Part shown: one piece after another, positions 53,716 to 60,350 of the stretch
How the letters are laid out: every line of letters begins with the position of its first letter
Position numbering within the stretch: position 1 is the first letter of the stretch
Origin: Acutalibacteraceae bacterium
Lineage (GTDB): Bacteria; Bacillota; Clostridia; Oscillospirales; Acutalibacteraceae
Direction: 5' to 3'
Assembly: GCA_045659535.1 (NCBI GenBank)
Contig: JAZOXC010000082.1
Coordinates: forward strand, 1 to 60,350
Length of the DNA stretch: 60,350 nt
Made by a program: the position numbers and the translations under genes
The notes under the pieces: generated by a model
The model's input: the letters and a program-made list of their open reading frames with translations, nothing else
What the model was told of the DNA's origin: nothing
Databases searched by the model: none

Positions 53716-55542
53716 ATGTGCGGAATAGTTGGATACACCGGAAAAAAGCAGGCAGTACCCGTATTGCTTTCGGGTCTTTCGGCCCTCGAATATAGGGGCT
53801 ATGATTCTGCCGGAATTTCGGTATATGAGGATGGAATCATAACAATTAAAACCGAGGGCAGAATTAAAAATCTCGAAAACCGTATTAAATCGGGTAGAAA
53901 ATTGAGAGGAACATCGGGTATCGGTCATACTCGATGGGCAACCCATGGAGAACCGAGCGAGCGCAACGCGCATCCCCATGTTTCATCAAGACTCAGCCTT
54001 GTTCATAACGGTATAATCGAAAACTATTTAGAACTGCAGAAAATGCTGATTTCGGAGGGTTATAGATTCAAAAGCGAAACCGATACCGAGGTTGCCGCAT
54101 ATCTCATAGACTATTTTTATAAGCAGCATAACGACCCCGTAAAAGCGCTCCATTCGGCGGCCAAAATCCTGCGCGGCTCCTATGCTTTTTGCGTTATGTT
54201 TAAAAGCAAAAAGGATACACTTTATGCTATTCGCCGCGGCAGCCCGCTTGTCTGTGCCTTGGTGCCAAACGGCGGCTATATAGCATCCGATATTCCCGCA
54301 ATACTGCCATTCACCAAAGAATATTATCAGCTCGATGAGGGTGTTGTTGCCGAGATATCACCGCAAAAGCTTCGCTTTATTACAGCCGAAGGAACCATTG
54401 TTTCGGCAGAAAAGCGCGAGATAGATTGGAATGTCGAGTCGGCCAAAAAATGCGGTTATAATCATTTTATGCTCAAGGAAATAAACGAGCAGGCCGAAGC
54501 GGTAAAAAATACGATAATGCCCCGCCTTCGCGATGGCATACCCTATTTTGATTGCGATATTCTCGATAGAAGCATCGAGGAGATAAGCGAGATAAAAATT
54601 ATCGGTTGCGGAACGGCAATGCATGCAGGGCTTGTGGGTAAAAATCTGATCGAGCGGTTCTCAAGAACCCCCGTTTCGGTAGAGATTGCCTCGGAATTCA
54701 GATATGCCGACCCGATTTTATCCAAAACCACCCTCGTTATCCTAATATCCCAGTCGGGTGAAACCGCCGATACAATAGCCGCCCTCGAGCTCGCGAAATC
54801 GGCGGGCGCAAAAACTCTTGCCATAGTCAATGTGGTTGGCTCAACCATAGCTCGGTTGGCTGATTATGTTATATATACCTGGGCGGGTCCCGAAATTTCG
54901 GTCGCCTCTACCAAGGCCTATACCGTACAGTGTGCTGTGCTTTATCAAATAGCCTTTAAGCTTGCGCTCGTAAAAAAGCAGATATCCGAGGGTCGCTGCC
55001 GAGAGCTGTGTGATATGCTCCTAAACTCTCTGCCCGATGCGATAGATGTCACCCTTAGGATGAGCGGCAGAATCAAGCGCCTTTCGGAAAAGATTGCGGA
55101 ATACGAGGATATATTCTTCATAGGTCGAGGTATGGATTCGGTTGTGTGCGAGGAGGGCTCGCTCAAGCTAAAGGAGATATCCTATATCCATAGCGAAGCC
55201 TATCCTGCGGGCGAGCTAAAACACGGCACCATCTCGCTTATTGATGCGAATGTGCCGATTATTGCGCTCGTTACCGTAAGCTCCGTTATGGAAAAGATGG
55301 TCAGCAATATAAGAGAGACCAAGTCCCGCGGGGCAAGGGTTTTCTCGGTTTGCATATCGGCGGCCGCCGATGCTGTAGAGGCTGTGTCGGATTATACTCT
55401 GATACTGCCCGAAATAAACGAAATTTTCGCCCCCATAATCGCTACTGTAGTGTTGCAGATATTGGCATATTATACGGCGGTTGCAAGGGGCTGCGATGTT
55501 GATAAACCCCGCAATCTCGCAAAATCTGTAACGGTAGAATAA
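53716..55542 (+). CDS. glmS: Glutamine--fructose-6-phosphate aminotransferase (isomerizing)
   Basis: N-terminus MCGIVGY, with HTRWATHG, two SIS domains (ISQSGETADT) and C-terminus KPRNLAKSVTVE. Confidence 0.95.
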   Translation: MCGIVGYTGKKQAVPVLLSGLSALEYRGYDSAGISVYEDGIITIKTEGRIKNLENRIKSGRKLRGTSGIGHTRWATHGEPSERNAHPHVSSRLSLVHNGIIENYLELQKMLISEGYRFKSETDTEVAAYLIDYFYKQHNDPVKALHSAAKILRGSYAFCVMFKSKKDTLYAIRRGSPLVCALVPNGGYIASDIPAILPFTKEYYQLDEGVVAEISPQKLRFITAEGTIVSAEKREIDWNVESAKKCGYNHFMLKEINEQAEAVKNTIMPRLRDGIPYFDCDILDRSIEEISEIKIIGCGTAMHAGLVGKNLIERFSRTPVSVEIASEFRYADPILSKTTLVILISQSGETADTIAALELAKSAGAKTLAIVNVVGSTIARLADYVIYTWAGPEISVASTKAYTVQCAVLYQIAFKLALVKKQISEGRCRELCDMLLNSLPDAIDVTLRMSGRIKRLSEKIAEYEDIFFIGRGMDSVVCEEGSLKLKEISYIHSEAYPAGELKHGTISLIDANVPIIALVTVSSVMEKMVSNIRETKSRGARVFSVCISAAADAVEAVSDYTLILPEINEIFAPIIATVVLQILAYYTAVARGCDVDKPRNLAKSVTVE

Positions 55543-55570
55543 AAAAGAGCCGCATTTCGCGGCTCTTTTT
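55541..55570. terminator. Bidirectional rho-independent terminator between glmS and the convergent RluA-family gene
   Basis: AAAAA-AGAGCCGC-ATTTC-GCGGCTCT-TTTT. It overlaps the stop codon of the minus-strand gene. Confidence 0.8.
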
Positions 55571-56225
55571 ATATTTCGAATTTATTCCAGGGAAAGATTT
55601 TCGGGGGATTTAGCGAAAACTCTAAAATCTCGCGGGTTTTGGGGTGGGCGAACTCGATTTTATGCGAGAAAAGGGCAATATTGCATTTATCCGCGGCGCC
55701 ACCATATCGCTCATCACCAACAAGCGGCATCTGGCGGGATGAAAACTGAACCCTGATTTGGTGGGTTCTGCCGGTCAGAAGTTCAACCTTAACAAGCGAA
55801 AAGGTCTCATTTCCAAGCTGCTTGGTCGCCAAAACCTCGTAGTTCAAAACCGCTTCCTTGGCGCCCTTTCGCTCGCGCTTAACAACATAGGATTTGCAAT
55901 GCTTTGCATCGCGGTAGAGATAGTCCTTCATGGTTCCTTTAGTCTCGGCGGGAACACCATGAACAACCGCAAGATATTCCTTTTTCATTCTGCGCTCTTT
56001 AACCGCGGTCGAGAGTATTCCCGCAGCCTCCCTTTGGCGGGCATAAACCATAACTCCGCCAACCGGCTTATCGAGTCGATGAACCGCCTCAACATAGTAG
56101 GAATTGGTCTCCTTTTTTAAAACCTCGGGCAGATTTTTTGCGCCCGAAGAATCGGCCTGCGATAAAATCCCTGCGGGCTTTTCGCAAACAATAATTTGCT
56201 TATCAAAATGTATAACATTTATCAT
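55569..56225 (-). CDS. RluA-family pseudouridine synthase (no S4 domain)
   Basis: Motifs are HRLDKPVGGVMVYA and LTGRTHQIRVQF. Confidence 0.85.
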   Translation of the reverse strand: MINVIHFDKQIIVCEKPAGILSQADSSGAKNLPEVLKKETNSYYVEAVHRLDKPVGGVMVYARQREAAGILSTAVKERRMKKEYLAVVHGVPAETKGTMKDYLYRDAKHCKSYVVKRERKGAKEAVLNYEVLATKQLGNETFSLVKVELLTGRTHQIRVQFSSRQMPLVGDERYGGAADKCNIALFSHKIEFAHPKTREILEFSLNPPKIFPWNKFEI

Positions 56226-56734
56226 AAAAATTTATCCAACCTTATCCGTTTTGCAATGGCTCCCGCCAACCAAACTAAAATAATATCCTTGAGAATAAAG
56301 GGGAGCGAGGCGGTTAAAAAAGCCGCAAAAATCGAACACCCCGAAACAAACGAAAACTGCAAAATACCAATTATATGGCAGATGAGGATTCCTAAAAGCG
56401 GCAGCAAGAAATTTGGTTTACATAATGTTTTCAGTCCGCAACAAATACCTAAAATCAAAAAGCCGAAAATAAAGCCGCCTCCGGTCGAGCTAAGCGCCCC
56501 GATTCCGCCGCTAAAATGCGAGAAAACCGGAAGCCCGAAAGCCCCCATCGCGATATAAACAGCGGTGCAGGCTGCAGCCTGCTTTGCGCCCAACAAAAAG
56601 CCGCAGAGCGCAACCGCAAAAACCTGAAGTGTTATGGGAACCATCAGCGGGGTAGGGATGGCTATCCAAGCGGAAAATATGATTAAAACCGAGAATAGCG
56701 CACATAAAGTTATGCTTCTAAGTCGCTTTTTCAT
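56222..56734 (-). CDS. bioY: Biotin transporter BioY (ECF S-component)
   Basis: Motifs are VPITLQVFAVALCGFLLG and GAFGLPVFS in a six-TM profile. Overlaps both neighbours by 4 nt. Confidence 0.85.
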   Translation of the reverse strand: MKKRLRSITLCALFSVLIIFSAWIAIPTPLMVPITLQVFAVALCGFLLGAKQAAACTAVYIAMGAFGLPVFSHFSGGIGALSSTGGGFIFGFLILGICCGLKTLCKPNFLLPLLGILICHIIGILQFSFVSGCSIFAAFLTASLPFILKDIILVWLAGAIAKRIRLDKFL

Positions 56735-57480
56735 AGCCTTGTGCTAACCTCCCCAAAAGAGAGAGCTATCAGCTCGCCATCCCGCTCAACAATAAGCCGA
56801 AAATCATCATCGAGCGCCTTGATTTCCGCGGGATATGAGGTATCCCCGTGGCTCACAAAAACAGCACCGTTGCATATCATATTTTCTCTGTATTTTTCGA
56901 GGTGCGGCTTATCGGATAGGTTTACATAATACTTTTTGAAATTCTTTAAAATCTCGGCGATAAGAAGGGCTTTTTCTTCCGCGTCAACCTCGCGTTTTGC
57001 AACGAATCCCATAATGTTTTTGAGCTCATCGGGAATATCCTCTTCGCTTCCGAAAAGGTTGATTCCGATCCCTAAAACAGTATAGGCGGTCGCGCTTCCG
57101 ATTATGGCCGATTCGGCAAGAATACCACAAACCTTTTTGCCATCTTTTATGATATCATTAACCCATTTTATCTTGGTATCAACCCCTAAAACCGAACTGA
57201 TCGCTTCGCGAACGGCCACGGCTGCAGCGGTTGTTATAAGTAGGTTATCACCTGAGGAAAGGGTGGGGCGAAGCAATACCGAAAGATAGAGTCCACCCTC
57301 GGGCGAATGAAAGCTTTTTCCAAGCCTGCCTCGGCCGCCGCTCTGGCTTTTTGCTATAAAACATTCCCATTCTGCCGCTCCCTCTATGGCATGGCGCTTG
57401 GCTTGGGAATTGGTCGAATCGGTCGATTCAAAATAATGAGCGGTAATGCCGTATTTTTCTGCAAGTATCGATTCTATCAT
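56731..57480 (-). CDS. birA: Biotin--[acetyl-CoA-carboxylase] ligase, group I (no N-terminal HTH)
   Basis: Motifs are GRGRLGKSFHSPEGGLYLSVLL and KWVNDI. At 249 aa it starts directly in the catalytic domain (FESTDSTNS). Confidence 0.85.
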   Translation of the reverse strand: MIESILAEKYGITAHYFESTDSTNSQAKRHAIEGAAEWECFIAKSQSGGRGRLGKSFHSPEGGLYLSVLLRPTLSSGDNLLITTAAAVAVREAISSVLGVDTKIKWVNDIIKDGKKVCGILAESAIIGSATAYTVLGIGINLFGSEEDIPDELKNIMGFVAKREVDAEEKALLIAEILKNFKKYYVNLSDKPHLEKYRENMICNGAVFVSHGDTSYPAEIKALDDDFRLIVERDGELIALSFGEVSTRL

Positions 57481-57502
57481 GGTATATTTTCACCTCCGTA
57501 TT

Positions 57503-57538
57503 TAAAAAATACCGCCTATGGAAAAACCATAGACGGTA
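57503..57538 (-). terminator. Rho-independent terminator after acpP
   Basis: On the minus strand: ACCGTCTATGG, TTTTT loop, CCATAGGCGGT (one G-U pair), followed by ATTTTTT. Confidence 0.7.
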
Positions 57539-57543
57539 GGGTT

Positions 57544-57771
57544 TTACTGAATGCTCTGGATATAATTTACAACATCGCCGACGGTTTTGATATTTTCAAT
57601 GTTCTCGTCGGGGATTTCGATTTCAAACTCATCCTCGATAGACATGATGAGCTCAACAACATCTAAGCTGTCTGCGCCTAAATCTGCGGCGATATCGGTT
57701 TCCATGGTGATATCGTCCTCATTAGCATCAAGCTGATTGGCGAGTATTGCGCGTATTTTCTCAAATACCAT
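57544..57771 (-). CDS. acpP: Acyl carrier protein
   Basis: [20 protein letters not shown] contains the phosphopantetheine Ser. 75 aa, with an AGGAGG RBS. Confidence 0.9.
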   Translation of the reverse strand: MVFEKIRAILANQLDANEDDITMETDIAADLGADSLDVVELIMSIEDEFEIEIPDENIENIKTVGDVVNYIQSIQ

Positions 57772-57830
57772 AACAAAAAACCTCCTGAAAAATATACCCG
57801 CTTCGCGGGTTCGCGGTGTGTTATAAGAAA

Positions 57831-57859
57831 ATGATATGCCGAGAAGTAAACTTTGTCAA
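57831..57859 (-). promoter_or_regulatory. Candidate sigma-A promoter for acpP
   Basis: On the minus strand: TTGACA (57859-57854), 17 nt, TATCAT (57836-57831). Confidence 0.5.
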
Positions 57860-57910
57860 CAGTTTTTTTGAAAAATTTCAAACTTTCTGCCAAAGAGGGG
57901 CAAAGAGGTG

Positions 57911-57939
57911 TTGCATATTTTTAAATAATAAAGTATAAT
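57911..57939 (+). promoter_or_regulatory. Candidate sigma-A promoter for proS
   Basis: TTGCAT (57911-57916), 17 nt, TATAAT (57934-57939), about 35 nt before ATG 57975. Confidence 0.55.
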
Positions 57940-57974
57940 ATTACCGATTATTAAGGAAATCGGAGCGTTTATTT

Positions 57975-59408
57975 ATGGCAAACGAAAAAATGGTAAAAGC
58001 AATAACCTCTATGGATGAGGATTTTGCAAAATGGTATACAGATATCGTAGCAAAGGCAGAGCTTATGGATTATTCCTCTGTTAAGGGCTGTATGATTATC
58101 CGCCCCTATGGTTATGCTATCTGGGAAAATATCCAAAAAATTCTTGATGGAATGTTCAAAGAAACCGGACATGAGAATGTTTGCATGCCTATGTTCATTC
58201 CCGAGAGCCTTCTTCAAAAAGAAAAGGATCATGTCGAGGGATTTGCCCCCGAGGTTGCTTGGGTAACCCATGGCGGAAACGAAAAGCTCGAGGAGCGCCT
58301 CTGCGTTCGCCCAACCTCCGAAACCCTCTTCTGCGATCATTATGCCAATATAGTTCAATCTTATCGCGACCTGCCGAAGCTTTATAACCAGTGGTGCAGC
58401 GTTGTTCGCTGGGAAAAGACTACCCGTCCTTTCCTCCGTTCGCGTGAGTTCTTGTGGCAGGAGGGTCATACCATCCATGCAACAAGAGAGGAAGCCGAGG
58501 CCGAAACCGTTCGCATGCTCGATACATATGCCCGCTTTGCCGAGGAATTCCTCGCAATCCCTGTTATAAAGGGCGTTAAAACCGAGAAAGAACGTTTTGC
58601 AGGCGCTGTTAATACCTATACAATAGAAGCAATGATGCACGATGGAAAAGCTCTCCAAAGCGGAACCTCGCATTTCTTTGGCGATGGTTTTGCCCGTGCA
58701 TTCAATATTCAGTTCACCGATAAGGAAAACAAACTTTCCTATCCCTTCCAGACCTCTTGGGGCGTTTCTACCCGTCTCATCGGCGCTATCATCATGACCC
58801 ATGGTGATAATGATGGTCTTGTTCTTCCGCCCGCAATCGCTCCTATCCAAACCGTTGTTATCCCGATCGCATCGCATAAAGAGGGTGTTATCGAGAAGGC
58901 AACCGAGGTTTATGAGCGCGTTGCCAAGCTTTGTCGCGCAAAGATCGATCTTTCCGAGCAGAGCCCCGGCTGGAAGTTTGCCGAGTATGAGATGAAGGGT
59001 GTTCCGCTCCGCGTTGAGCTTGGACCCAAGGATATCGAAAAGAATCAGTGCGTTATCGTTCGCCGCGATAATCGTCAGAAATATTTTGTTTCGCTTGATG
59101 ACCTCGAAACCGAGATTCCGCGCTTACTTGAAGAAATGCGCGACTCGATGTTCGCTGCCGCTCTCGAGCGCAGAAACAATATGACCTATGAAGCACGCGA
59201 TCTTGATGAAATGATCAAGGTTGCCGATGAAAAGCCCGGCTTTATCAAGGCTATGTGGTGCGGTTCTCGTGAATGCGAGGAGGCTCTCAAGGAAAAAGCA
59301 GGCGTTTCCTCGCGCTGCATCCCGTTTGAGCAGGATCCCGTTGGCGATACCTGCGTTTGCTGCGGCAAAAAAGCGGATAAGATGCTTTATTGGGGCAAGG
59401 CTTATTAA
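57975..59408 (+). CDS. proS: Proline--tRNA ligase, archaeal/eukaryote-like short form
   Basis: Motifs are [73 protein letters not shown] and C-terminal CVCCGKKA...YWGKAY. Confidence 0.9.
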   Translation: MANEKMVKAITSMDEDFAKWYTDIVAKAELMDYSSVKGCMIIRPYGYAIWENIQKILDGMFKETGHENVCMPMFIPESLLQKEKDHVEGFAPEVAWVTHGGNEKLEERLCVRPTSETLFCDHYANIVQSYRDLPKLYNQWCSVVRWEKTTRPFLRSREFLWQEGHTIHATREEAEAETVRMLDTYARFAEEFLAIPVIKGVKTEKERFAGAVNTYTIEAMMHDGKALQSGTSHFFGDGFARAFNIQFTDKENKLSYPFQTSWGVSTRLIGAIIMTHGDNDGLVLPPAIAPIQTVVIPIASHKEGVIEKATEVYERVAKLCRAKIDLSEQSPGWKFAEYEMKGVPLRVELGPKDIEKNQCVIVRRDNRQKYFVSLDDLETEIPRLLEEMRDSMFAAALERRNNMTYEARDLDEMIKVADEKPGFIKAMWCGSRECEEALKEKAGVSSRCIPFEQDPVGDTCVCCGKKADKMLYWGKAY

Positions 59409-59425
59409 AATTTTGGAGGTTTCCT

Positions 59426-60214
59426 ATGCAGGTAACACTTGAAAACATCAGAGCAAAAAAAGGCTTTATATGCGATATGGATGGCGTTATCTATCATGGT
59501 AATCAGCTCCTTCCGGGTGTTCATGAGTTTTTGGATTGGCTCAATAAGAATAATAAAAAGTTCTTGTTTTTAACCAATAGCAGCGAGCGTTCTCCGCTCG
59601 AGCTTAGCCAAAAGCTTTCTCGAATGGGACTCGAGGTTGACCCGAGCCATTTCTATACAAGCGCCCTTGCAACCGCCCATTTCCTAAAGCATCAAAAACC
59701 CGGCTGCTCGGTATATTGTATCGGCGAAGCCGGACTTTATAATGCGCTTTATAATGCGGGAATTTCCATGAATGATGTAAATCCCGATTATGTTGTTGTT
59801 GGTGAAACCCAAACCTATAACTATCAAAATATCTGCAAAGCCGTAAAACTCGTTAAAAACGGCGCAAAACTCATAGGAACCAACCCCGATATGACCGGCC
59901 CTGTTGAGGGAAATCAGATTGTTCCCGCCTGCCGTGCCTTGGTTGCTCCTATTGAGCTTGCAACCGGAAAACCGGCATATTTCCTCGGAAAACCGAACCC
60001 GCTTATGATGCGAACCGGAATCCGACTTCTTGATTGCGATACTAAAGATACCGCTATTATCGGCGACCGAATGGATACCGATATAATCGCGGGTATCGAA
60101 TCGGGAGTTGATACCGTTTTGGTTCTTTCGGGTGTAACTTCGATGGAAGATGTCAAAGAAATGCCCTATGCACCCCGCGTAATTCTAAACGGGGTAGGGG
60201 AAATAGCAGAATAA
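59426..60214 (+). CDS. HAD-IIA family phosphatase (NagD-like)
   Basis: ATG 59426 follows GGAGGT; the ORF-track start at 59390 overlaps proS. Motifs are FICDMDGVIYHG, LTNSS, GKPN and IGDRMDTDI. Confidence 0.85.
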   Translation: MQVTLENIRAKKGFICDMDGVIYHGNQLLPGVHEFLDWLNKNNKKFLFLTNSSERSPLELSQKLSRMGLEVDPSHFYTSALATAHFLKHQKPGCSVYCIGEAGLYNALYNAGISMNDVNPDYVVVGETQTYNYQNICKAVKLVKNGAKLIGTNPDMTGPVEGNQIVPACRALVAPIELATGKPAYFLGKPNPLMMRTGIRLLDCDTKDTAIIGDRMDTDIIAGIESGVDTVLVLSGVTSMEDVKEMPYAPRVILNGVGEIAE

Positions 60215-60219
60215 AAAAT

Positions 60220-60253
60220 GGCCTCGAGCATCCCCGCTCGGGGCCTTTATTTT
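60220..60253 (+). terminator. Rho-independent terminator
   Basis: GGCCTCGAGC, ATCCCC loop, GCTCGGGGCC (one mismatch), followed by TTTATTTT. Confidence 0.65.
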
Positions 60254-60350
60254 GCCCTGCGCTATACATTATATATATAGGGGTCGAAAACGGCCGAAAA
60301 AAGTGAACAAAAAAATGTAAAAAAATTTTGTTAAAATGCTTGACAACATA

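Noticed and set aside
57772-57974. Possible T-box leader upstream of proS
   Set aside because: The best promoter leaves only about 35 nt of leader. There is no T-box consensus, no specifier-loop architecture and no terminator.
57969-58877. 302-aa minus-strand ORF overlapping proS
   Set aside because: proS is unambiguous from its class II synthetase motifs. The antisense product has no motifs and no RBS.
1-60350. CRISPR arrays, transposases/IS elements, integrases, prophage genes, tRNA/rRNA genes, toxin-antitoxin or restriction-type defence genes
   Set aside because: I recognised none. The repeats present are intragenic protein-domain repeats or short low-complexity tracts, and no regularly spaced direct repeats or terminal inverted repeats were seen.

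Overview
This 60.35-kb window comes from a Gram-positive, Clostridia-like chromosome. The signs are AGGAGG-type ribosome-binding sites (RBSs), lipobox lipoproteins, hairpin plus U-tract terminators, an archaeal-type ProRS and ABC importers with no ATPase gene in the window. I could not run any database search, so every call rests on motifs read from the translations.

Nt 1-51,960 form one very large glycan-capture and utilisation locus:
- A GH43 gene is truncated by the window edge.
- A tightly packed plus-strand gene string of about 30 kb (1433-31188) holds an NHL-propeller/Yip1 membrane fusion and a 740-aa secreted protein of unknown function. It also holds two permease pairs, a 961-aa solute-binding protein (SBP) with a CBM-like extension, a second SBP, and two tandem paralogous clan GH-A hydrolases.
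- The same string carries a 1,528-aa protein with five discoidin repeats and an SGNH esterase domain, and a 2,359-aa protein with twelve discoidin repeats and a C-terminal membrane anchor.
- A cytoplasmic block (31260-36345) encodes an MBL hydrolase, an ADP-ribosylglycohydrolase-family protein, a 527-aa unknown and an aldose epimerase. An AraC regulator, maf, two lipoproteins and galM follow.
- A minus-strand giant gene (41146-51792) combines about 10 CBM4/9-like modules, about 8 Listeria/Bacteroides-type repeats, an embedded metallophosphoesterase-like domain and a C-terminal GH-A domain.

The right flank is housekeeping: glmM-glmS, an RluA-family synthase, bioY, birA, acpP, proS and a HAD-IIA phosphatase.

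Most notable observations:
1. Two paralogous hyper-acidic ORFs of 47 and 48 aa fall below the ORF-track cutoff. Each has a strong RBS and sits 13-18 nt upstream of a giant surface-protein gene, on opposite strands about 34 kb apart.
2. A single in-frame TAA (42127-42129) splits the GH-A catalytic domain of the giant gene, separating 3,221 codons from 326 more.
3. The giant proteins have unusual modular architectures, including an (A-B)x3 discoidin super-repeat, a phosphoesterase-like insert and a module shared only by the two giants that follow the small ORFs.

I saw no rRNA, tRNA, CRISPR array or mobile element.
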